From: Alphaproteobacteria bacterium
GTDB taxonomy: Bacteria > Pseudomonadota > Alphaproteobacteria > Micavibrionales > Micavibrionaceae
DNA length: 49,993 nucleotides
Direction: 5' to 3'
Assembly: GCA_039808845.1 (NCBI GenBank)
Contig: JBDHTS010000001.1
Coordinates: 1 to 49,993, forward strand
The notes under the pieces are model-generated. The model searched no databases. It saw nothing but the letters and a program-made list of their open reading frames with translations, and had not been told where the DNA came from. Shown piece by piece: positions 36,098-43,087 of this stretch (within the stretch, counting starts at the first letter, position 1; each line of letters opens with the position of its first letter). Both the position numbers and the translations under genes were made by a program.

Positions 36098-38521
36098 ATG
36101 ATCGGATTGTCTTCCTCAAACCGCGACCTGCCGCTTCCCGTTCTTCCACTTCGGGACATTGTCGTTTTTCCGCATATGATCGTTCCCCTGTTCGTCGGGC
36201 GCGAGCGGTCGGTGCGCGCGCTGGAACAAGTGGTCAATGCAGGCAAGCAGATCCTGCTGGTCACCCAGAAATCGCCGTCGCAGGACGATCCGGCGTCCGG
36301 CGACCTGTATGGCGTCGGCACGCTGGGCACGATCCTGCAGCTCCTGAAACTGCCGGACGGCACGGTCAAGGTTCTGGTCGAGGGGAACCGCCGCGTCAGC
36401 ATCAGGGAATACAGCCCGCGGCAGGAATACCTTGAAGCCGGCTATGAGGATATCAAGGACCTGACCGTCCGCAACGACGATCTGGACGCGCTGGCGCGCA
36501 CGGTGGCGACCCAGTTCGAGCAATACGTCAAGCTGAACAAGAAGATCCCGCCGGAAGTCATCGTCTCCGTCAACCAGATCGAAGAACCCGCGAAACTGTC
36601 CGACACGGTCGCGGCGCATCTGGCGCTGAAAATCGAGGACAAGCAGAAGCTGCTGGAAGCCGCCAACACGGCGGAGCGGCTGGAGCACATCTTCGGCTTC
36701 ATGGAAGGAGAAATCGGCGTCCTGCAGGTCGAGAAGCGCATCCGCAACCGCGTCAAGCGGCAGATGGAGAAGACCCAACGCGAGTATTACCTGAACGAAC
36801 AGATGAAGGCGATCCAGAAGGAACTCGGCGACGGCGAGAACGCGCTCGACGAGATGGAGGAACTCGCCAAGAAGATCGCCGAGACCGGCCTGTCCAAGGA
36901 GGCGAGGGAAAAAGCCGACCATGAACTGAAGAAACTGAAGCAGATGAGCCCGATGTCGGCGGAAGCGACTGTCGTGCGGAATTATCTGGACTGGATCCTG
37001 TCGCTGCCGTGGGCGAAGCGCACGCGCGTCAAAAAGGATATCAAGGCGGCGAAAAAGATTCTCGACCAGGACCATTTCGGACTGGAAAAGGTGAAAGAGC
37101 GCATTCTTGAATACCTGGCCGTGCAGCAGCGGACGAAGAAGATCAAGGGGCCGATCCTGTGCCTCGTCGGCCCGCCCGGCGTCGGCAAGACGTCGCTGGG
37201 ACAGTCCATCGCGAAGGCGACCAACCGCAATTTCGTGCGCATGTCTTTGGGCGGCGTGCGCGACGAAAGCGAGATCCGCGGCCACCGCCGGACCTATATC
37301 GGCGCGCTGCCGGGCAAGGTCATCCAGGGCATGAAGAAGGCCAGTTCCGGCAACCCCTTGTTCCTGTTGGACGAGGTGGACAAGCTGGGGAACGACTGGC
37401 GCGGCGACCCGAGCGCCGCGCTGCTGGAAGTGCTCGATCCCGAACAGAACGGCACGTTCAACGACCACTATCTCGAACTGGACTATGACCTGTCGGACGT
37501 GCTGTTCATCTGCACGGCCAACACGACGGCGACCCTTCCGCGGCCCTTGCTGGATCGTATGGAGATCATCCGCGTGTCAGGCTATACCGAGGACGAGAAG
37601 CTGGAGATCGTGAAACGCCACCTGCTGCGCAAGCAGACGGAGGCGGCGGGCCTGAAAAGAGGCGAGTTCGGCATCAACGACGCCGCCGTGCGCGACCTGA
37701 TCCGTTATTACACCCGCGAGGCGGGCGTGCGGAACCTGGAGCGCGAGATCGCCAACCTCTGCCGCAAGGCGATCAAGGAGATCCTGATGCGGGGCCGCAA
37801 GGAAGTCCGCGTCACGCCGCGCAACCTGGAGAAATACGCAGGCGTCCGCAAGTTCCATTACGGCGCGGCGGAGGAGCAGGACAAGGTCGGCGTCGTCAAC
37901 GGCCTGGCCTATACCGAGTTCGGCGGCGACCTGCTGTCGATCGAGGCGGTGACCATGCCGGGCAAGGACGGCAAGGTCACGACCACGGGCAACCTGAAGG
38001 AAGTGATGAAGGAATCCATCGTGGTCGCCGAAATGCTGATCAAATCGCGCGCGGCGCAGTTCGGGATAAGGCACAGCGAACTGAACAAGACGTCGGTCCA
38101 CGTGCACGTTCCGGAAGGGGCGACGCCCAAGGACGGCCCCTCGGCGGGCGCGGCGATGGTGACGGCGATCGTCTCGGCCCTGACGGGCATCGAGATCCGG
38201 CGCGACGTCGCGATGACGGGCGAGATCAACCTGCGCGGCTATGTCACCGGCATCGGCGGCCTGAAGGAAAAGCTTCTGGCGGCGCTGCGCGGCGGCATCC
38301 GCACCGTGCTGATCCCGAAAGACAACGAGAAGGATCTGGCCGAAATTCCCGACAAGGTGAAGAAGGGGCTGAAGATCATTCCCGTCAACCGCATCGAAGA
38401 GGTTCTGGCCAATGCGCTCACGCGTATTCCCGATCCTGTGCGCATCGAAAAGGATACGGATATCGAGGCGATCCCCACGCAAACGGGCGATGGCGTCGCG
38501 GGCGATGTCATCAGGCACTGA
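36098..38521 (+). CDS. lon: ATP-dependent Lon protease (LonA)
   Basis: 807 aa: N-terminal LPVLPLRDIVVFPHMIVPLFVGRERS, Walker A GPPGVGKTS, Walker B LFLLDEVDK, and the protease Ser context PKDGPSAGAAMVTA. Confidence 0.97.
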   Translation: MIGLSSSNRDLPLPVLPLRDIVVFPHMIVPLFVGRERSVRALEQVVNAGKQILLVTQKSPSQDDPASGDLYGVGTLGTILQLLKLPDGTVKVLVEGNRRVSIREYSPRQEYLEAGYEDIKDLTVRNDDLDALARTVATQFEQYVKLNKKIPPEVIVSVNQIEEPAKLSDTVAAHLALKIEDKQKLLEAANTAERLEHIFGFMEGEIGVLQVEKRIRNRVKRQMEKTQREYYLNEQMKAIQKELGDGENALDEMEELAKKIAETGLSKEAREKADHELKKLKQMSPMSAEATVVRNYLDWILSLPWAKRTRVKKDIKAAKKILDQDHFGLEKVKERILEYLAVQQRTKKIKGPILCLVGPPGVGKTSLGQSIAKATNRNFVRMSLGGVRDESEIRGHRRTYIGALPGKVIQGMKKASSGNPLFLLDEVDKLGNDWRGDPSAALLEVLDPEQNGTFNDHYLELDYDLSDVLFICTANTTATLPRPLLDRMEIIRVSGYTEDEKLEIVKRHLLRKQTEAAGLKRGEFGINDAAVRDLIRYYTREAGVRNLEREIANLCRKAIKEILMRGRKEVRVTPRNLEKYAGVRKFHYGAAEEQDKVGVVNGLAYTEFGGDLLSIEAVTMPGKDGKVTTTGNLKEVMKESIVVAEMLIKSRAAQFGIRHSELNKTSVHVHVPEGATPKDGPSAGAAMVTAIVSALTGIEIRRDVAMTGEINLRGYVTGIGGLKEKLLAALRGGIRTVLIPKDNEKDLAEIPDKVKKGLKIIPVNRIEEVLANALTRIPDPVRIEKDTDIEAIPTQTGDGVAGDVIRH

Positions 38522-38544
38522 TTGGTGAGCACCCTAAACCTTTG

Positions 38545-38576
38545 AACAACCGGGAAAATCCCTTTTCCCGGTTGTT
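38545..38576 (+). terminator. Hairpin terminator downstream of lon
   Basis: Perfect 14-bp stem aacaaccgggaaaa-tccc-ttttcccggttgtt, 24 nt after the lon stop. The trailing U tract is weak. Confidence 0.6.
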
Positions 38577-38790
38577 GTCAATCCTGAAAAACAGCGGAAA
38601 ACTGCGAAAAATCGGCAGTTCGGCGTTGATGCCCCCCTGAAATGGGCGTATCAATGATTCTTCCTGAGCGGCGGAATGCCTTGGTTTTTGCGATGCAACG
38701 CCGCATCCGGCGCCGGTTTTGGCCGCGTTTGACGCACGACTGTCCGGCGAAGTTTCTCAAGCTGTTTTAACCTAACAATGGGGGTTCCCA

Positions 38791-39066
38791 GTGAACAAGC
38801 AAGAACTGATCAACGAAGTCGCCAAGCAGGCCGACCTGCCGAAAATCAAGGCCCAGGCCGCCGTGGAAGCTGTCTTCGACTGCATTAAACTGACCCTGAA
38901 AAAAGGCGGCGAAGTCCGCCTTGTCGGCTTCGGCACCTGGACGGTCGCGAAGCGCGCCAAAACCACCGGCCGCAACCCGCGCACCGGCGAAGCTATTGAC
39001 ATCCCGGCTTCCAAACAGCCGAAGTTCAAAGCCGGCAAAGAACTGAAAGACGCCGTGAACAAGTAA
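38791..39066 (+). CDS. hupB: Nucleoid-associated DNA-binding protein HU
   Basis: 91 aa with a GTG start: MNKQELINEVAKQADLPK...VRLVGFGTWTVAKRAKTTGRNPRTGEAIDIPASKQPKFKAGKELKDAV. Confidence 0.92.
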   Translation: MNKQELINEVAKQADLPKIKAQAAVEAVFDCIKLTLKKGGEVRLVGFGTWTVAKRAKTTGRNPRTGEAIDIPASKQPKFKAGKELKDAVNK

Positions 39067-39090
39067 ACGTTTATTCTGATCGCAAGATCT

Positions 39091-39126
39091 ATTCAGCCAT
39101 GCATCGTTGCATGGCTGAATTTTATT
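39091..39126 (+). terminator. Rho-independent terminator of hupB
   Basis: 13-bp stem attcagccatgca-tcgt-tgcatggctgaat followed by tttatt. The T tract overlaps the stop codon of the convergent pip gene. Confidence 0.75.
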
Positions 39127-40123
39127 CAGGGCTAAAAGCTGATTTCGGGCGTATATGCGGTTTGGGCAACAGCGGGCTGCCTGTGTCTCTGATGCGGTCT
39201 GTCGCTCTTATAAGGGCATCAAGCGTTTCGGGATCCCTGGCATCATGACCGGATCTGAAAAATTCTATCTGTGCGCTGGGCATCGCTTTCTTGAAAGCAT
39301 GGGCTGTTGTAGGAGGACAAATCTGATCAAAGCGCCCTTGGGCACCATACGCCGGAATATGCCGTATTCTTTCGCAATTTTTTAAAACCCTGTCATCAGG
39401 AGTGAAGAGATGGTTGCGAAAATATGCTGCTTCGATCCTCGCCATCGACAATACAACATGGTCTGGCATTGGCTCTTCGGGACGTCCAGTGGAATTGATT
39501 GAAAAGCTTTCGCTTTCGTGATTGGTCCAGGCAATGGCAGCGGGCCTATGAATAGCAGGATCCGGATCCATCAGGCGCTTGTAATAGGACTCAAATAGAT
39601 CGCCTTGCTCTTTCTTTGGTAAAAAATCGACAAAACGTTCCTGTGCTTCGGGAAAAGTTTTACCCATGCCATGAATAAAATGATGAACTTCCTCCCGGCG
39701 CATAGCAAACAGGCCGCGAAGGGTCAGGCTTCTGCAATTTTCCGGATGTTCCTGAGCTGACAGCAGGGCGAGAGTCGATCCCCACGATCCGCCAAAGATG
39801 TGCCAGGATTCTATGCCCAGCTCCTGCCTCAATTGTTCCAGATCTCTTACCAGATCGTCAGGCGTATTTTCCCTGGTTTCCGCATGCGGCGTCGATTTCC
39901 CGCAGCCTCTTTGGTCGGGCAGAATGATGCGAAAAGCGGCAGGATCGAAAAACTGATGATGGTAGGGCGCGCATCCAGAACCCGGGCCACCATGCAGGAA
40001 CAGCATCGGAATGCCTTCAGGATTTCCATGCTCGGCATAATGAATGGTGTGAAGGTCGCTGACGGCCAGTTTGCCCTGATTGAAAGGTTCCGATGCAGGA
40101 TAAAGTGTCCTCAGGCCGCTCAT
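39122..40123 (-). CDS. pip: Prolyl aminopeptidase (proline iminopeptidase)
   Basis: 333 aa alpha/beta hydrolase: LFLHGGPGSG, DQRGCGKSTPH, nucleophile elbow GGSWGSTLAL. G+C is visibly lower than in neighbouring genes. Confidence 0.9.
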   Translation of the reverse strand: MSGLRTLYPASEPFNQGKLAVSDLHTIHYAEHGNPEGIPMLFLHGGPGSGCAPYHHQFFDPAAFRIILPDQRGCGKSTPHAETRENTPDDLVRDLEQLRQELGIESWHIFGGSWGSTLALLSAQEHPENCRSLTLRGLFAMRREEVHHFIHGMGKTFPEAQERFVDFLPKKEQGDLFESYYKRLMDPDPAIHRPAAIAWTNHESESFSINSTGRPEEPMPDHVVLSMARIEAAYFRNHLFTPDDRVLKNCERIRHIPAYGAQGRFDQICPPTTAHAFKKAMPSAQIEFFRSGHDARDPETLDALIRATDRIRDTGSPLLPKPHIRPKSAFSPE

Positions 40124-40213
40124 CGAATTCTCCCTTATAAATTTATTCTATGTAAATTGTTATAATTGGGCTTGTATAAACTGACAAGATTTTTGTATAG
40201 AAGCTTTTCGTGG

Positions 40214-40288
40214 GGGCGTTTAGCTCAGTGGTAGAGCACCTCGTTTACACCGAGGGTGCCGGGAGTTCGACCCTCTCAACGCCCACCA
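40214..40288 (+). tRNA. tRNA-Val (anticodon TAC), CCA encoded
   Basis: Acceptor stem gggcgtt/aacgccc, anticodon arm cctcg-TTTACAC-cgagg; 75 nt. Confidence 0.92.
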
Positions 40289-40307
40289 TCTTTCCCCGGT
40301 CTGTGTA

Positions 40308-40865
40308 TTACATCCCGCCGAGTTTCAGCAGGTTGCCGGGGTTTAAATAATCGAAGATCGTTTTGCTGGATGTCTTGTGAACCGCGCCGCCGGTGACGAT
40401 CGGGGCTTCGAACAGAACGCCGTTCTGGAAGACAAGCGTCACGTTGTAATCGTAACCGTCTTCATCGGTGCGGATGCGGATCAGGGAGGCAAATCCATGC
40501 TCCTTCTCCACCTTTTTGTAATTGAAACGGTAACCGTAGAGCGATTGCAGGAAACGGCTCTGTTCGTCCTGGCCGATCTTGCCGTCACGGAATTCCACCG
40601 AGCTGCTGCCGTACAGGGAGATCAGGATCTCGTTGCGTTCCAGCCTGTCCATGTCTTTTTCCTGACGGCCCAGAACGGTAAAAACATCGGCCTGCGGCAT
40701 ACCGGGGCGCAGGCCGCGCAGGCGGTCCATCAGATCGTCGGGCGTCTTGTATATGGACCTGTTGACGGTCTCGTCGCTGCCGGGCAATGCGATGGCCCCC
40801 GCACACCCTGTCAAAAGGACAAGGCCCGCCGTCAGAATAAGGGCGGTTCGCCGCCAGCCGCTCAT
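40308..40865 (-). CDS. Lipoprotein with a SmpA/OmlA (BamE-like) segment
   Basis: I prefer the start at CAT 40863-40865, giving MSGWRRTALILTAGLVLLTGC (lipobox). GMPQADVFTVLG is BamE-like. Confidence 0.65.
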   Translation of the reverse strand: MSGWRRTALILTAGLVLLTGCAGAIALPGSDETVNRSIYKTPDDLMDRLRGLRPGMPQADVFTVLGRQEKDMDRLERNEILISLYGSSSVEFRDGKIGQDEQSRFLQSLYGYRFNYKKVEKEHGFASLIRIRTDEDGYDYNVTLVFQNGVLFEAPIVTGGAVHKTSSKTIFDYLNPGNLLKLGGM

Positions 40866-40997
40866 GTCGCGCCACACTTTATTATTATGGCAAAAATGGC
40901 TGAAAAACGCCACAAAAGCCGATGCTGCAACGCGGTTTTATAGATTGAACGGGCGGTCAAGTTATGCTTTGATCCGCCACGATCTTCAAACAGGATC

Positions 40998-41072
40998 GGG
41001 CACATAGCTCAGCGGGAGAGCACACCCTTCACACGGGTGGGGTCGCAGGTTCAATCCCTGCTGTGCCCACCA
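40998..41072 (+). tRNA. tRNA-Val (anticodon CAC), CCA encoded
   Basis: Acceptor stem gggcaca/tgtgccc, anticodon arm caccc-TTCACAC-gggtg; 75 nt. Confidence 0.92.
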
Positions 41073-41105
41073 GCCTTCGCCCTGCGGGCTTCGGCTCGGC
41101 AGGCC
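41073..41105 (+). repeat. Conserved tRNA-trailer hairpin with UUCG tetraloop, copy 2
   Basis: gccttcgccctgcgggcTTCGgctcggcaggcc differs from 29752-29785 by one substitution and a 1-nt deletion. It is followed by attttcaaaaa. Confidence 0.7.
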
Positions 41106-41174
41106 ATTTTCAAAAATGAACTTTTCCAATGCTTTCCGCGTAGGCAGGACAGATCCAACCGAAAGGAGTCTGTC

Positions 41175-41423
41175 ATGCCGCAGGGGAGTAAGGCCAAATA
41201 TACGGACAAGCAGAAGCGCAAGGCGGAGCATATCGAGGAAGGGTATGAAAAGCGCGGCGTGTCGACCAAGGAAGCAAAGCGCCGCGCCTGGGCGACCGTG
41301 AACAAGGAAGACCATGGCGGCAAGAAATCGGGATCGGGCCGGGGGCGTAAATCGTCCCATGCATCCAGCCGTAAGGGCGGGAAGAGGTCGCATGCTGGAA
41401 CAGCAAAGTCACGAGCACGGTGA
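41175..41423 (+). CDS. Small basic conserved hypothetical protein (82 aa)
   Basis: Strong SD (aaaggag) 7 nt before the ATG at 41175: MPQGSKAKYTDKQKRKAEHIEEGYEKRGVSTKEAKRRAWATVNKEDHGGKKSGSG.... The listed longer ORF (from 41037) would overlap tRNA-Val. Confidence 0.6.
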   Translation: MPQGSKAKYTDKQKRKAEHIEEGYEKRGVSTKEAKRRAWATVNKEDHGGKKSGSGRGRKSSHASSRKGGKRSHAGTAKSRAR

Positions 41424-41434
41424 ACTTATCTGCT

Positions 41435-41555
41435 TTGTCATCCCGGCGAAAGACGGGACCTATACAATGTTTAAACTTCACTAAAGGCAATAGGTTTGCG
41501 CCAGAAGAAAAAACGTAACCGTTCGCATAGGTCCCGTCTTTCGCCGGGATGACAA
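41435..41555. mobile_element. MITE-like 121-bp element with perfect 29-bp terminal inverted repeats
   Basis: ttgtcatcccggcgaaagacgggacctat (41435-41463) and its exact reverse complement ataggtcccgtctttcgccgggatgacaa (41527-41555) flank a 63-nt AT-rich core. It has no coding capacity. Confidence 0.55.
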
Positions 41556-41641
41556 TTTATAAGGATTGTAATCAGGTGCTGGAAAAGGGATGCGCCTCCG
41601 GTTAAAACGGTCTCTGGATTGTTCTGACCGGAGGCCGTAAC

Positions 41642-42763
41642 GTGATCATCGGATGCCCTAAAGAGATCAAAGCGCAGGAACATCGTGTCGGGCTGGTGCC
41701 GGCATCGGTCCGGGAACTGACGGCCCACGGGCATCAGGTTTTGATCGAGACCGGGGCAGGGGCTGGCATCAATTTCACGGACGACGATTACAAGGCAACG
41801 GGCGCGACGATCGCGGGCAGCGCCGCCGATGTGTTTGCAAAGGCCGACATGATCGTGAAGGTGAAGGAGCCGCAGCCGCAGGAATGCAAGATGCTGCGCG
41901 AAGGGCAAATCCTGTTCACCTATCTTCATCTGGCCGCCGACAGGAAACAGGCGGAAGGCCTGATGGCCTCGCGTTGCGTCGCCATCGCCTATGAGACCGT
42001 CACCGGGCCGGGGGGCAGGGGGTTGCCGCTGCTGGCGCCGATGAGTGAGATCGCGGGACGGCTGTCGGTCGTGGTCGGGTCGAATTACCTGCAGAAACAT
42101 CTGGGCGGCACGGGGCGGCTGATCAGCGGCGTGCCGGGGGTCGCGCCCGCGCGGGTGCTGGTGCTGGGCGGCGGCGTGGCGGGGTTCAATGCGGCGCGGG
42201 TGGCGGTCGGCATGGGGGCGGAAGTCACCATCCTGGAGAAGAACCACGACCGCATGCGTTTCCTCGACGATTATTTCCGGGGGCAGGCGCGAATCATCTA
42301 TTCGAGCATGGATTATATCGAGCGGAACGCGGAACGGCTGGACATCATCGTCGGCGCGGTCCTGATCCCCGGCGCGTCCGCTCCACGGATGGTCAGCCGG
42401 GCGCTGCTGAAGAAAATGGCGCCGGGCACGGTGATGGTGGACATCGCCATCGACCAGGGCGGCTGCTTCGAGACCAGCAGGCCGACCACGCATAACGATC
42501 CCGTTTATACCGTCGACAACGTCGTCCATTACTGCGTCGCCAACATGCCGGGGGCCGTGCCGCTTTCCTCAGCCCTCGCGCTGAACCACGCGGTCCTTCC
42601 CTATACTTTGGAGCTGGCGGACAAGGGGTGGAAGAAAGCGCTGCAGGACAACCCGTCCCTGCGCGAGGGGCTGAACGTCTGCGCGGGTGAGATCACCTAT
42701 TGCAGCGTGGCGGAATCCTTGAGTTTGCCGTTCAACCCCAGCCCGAAAGCCCTGGCCGCCTAA
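41642..42763 (+). CDS. ald: Alanine dehydrogenase
   Basis: 373 aa with a GTG start: [26 protein letters not shown], the NAD motif [14 protein letters not shown] and DIAIDQGG. Confidence 0.95.
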   Translation: MIIGCPKEIKAQEHRVGLVPASVRELTAHGHQVLIETGAGAGINFTDDDYKATGATIAGSAADVFAKADMIVKVKEPQPQECKMLREGQILFTYLHLAADRKQAEGLMASRCVAIAYETVTGPGGRGLPLLAPMSEIAGRLSVVVGSNYLQKHLGGTGRLISGVPGVAPARVLVLGGGVAGFNAARVAVGMGAEVTILEKNHDRMRFLDDYFRGQARIIYSSMDYIERNAERLDIIVGAVLIPGASAPRMVSRALLKKMAPGTVMVDIAIDQGGCFETSRPTTHNDPVYTVDNVVHYCVANMPGAVPLSSALALNHAVLPYTLELADKGWKKALQDNPSLREGLNVCAGEITYCSVAESLSLPFNPSPKALAA

Positions 42764-42826
42764 ATTTCCAAAACCGGGAAAAAAAGGTTGAAATGGCAGA
42801 TAAGTTTCTATACTGATGGCTGGCTT

Positions 42827-42903
42827 GCGGGCGTAGTTCAGTTGGTTAGAACGCATCCCTGTCACGGATGAGGTCGCGGGTTCAAGTCCCGTCGCTCGCG
42901 CCA
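42827..42903 (+). tRNA. tRNA-Asp (anticodon GTC), CCA encoded
   Basis: Acceptor stem gcgggcg/cgctcgc, anticodon arm catcc-CTGTCAC-ggatg; 77 nt. Confidence 0.92.
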
Positions 42904-42955
42904 TTGGTTAACAAGACGTGGCTTTCGCCTAAAATTGTACGGATTAATGGCCGGA

Positions 42956-42992
42956 CCTGACCTTGCGTATTGCAAGGGTCAGGATCTTTTTT
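42956..42992 (+). terminator. Rho-independent terminator after tRNA-Asp
   Basis: cctgaccttgc-gtat-gcaag(g)gtcagg (one bulged G) followed by atctttttt. Confidence 0.75.
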
Positions 42993-43087
42993 AATACCAA
43001 AACGCCTGATTTCAACACATCCGTATGCGGCACAGGCCTTGCTGAACAGCTCTCCGGTATTTTCATTGCTACCGGAGGGGTTTTGTT

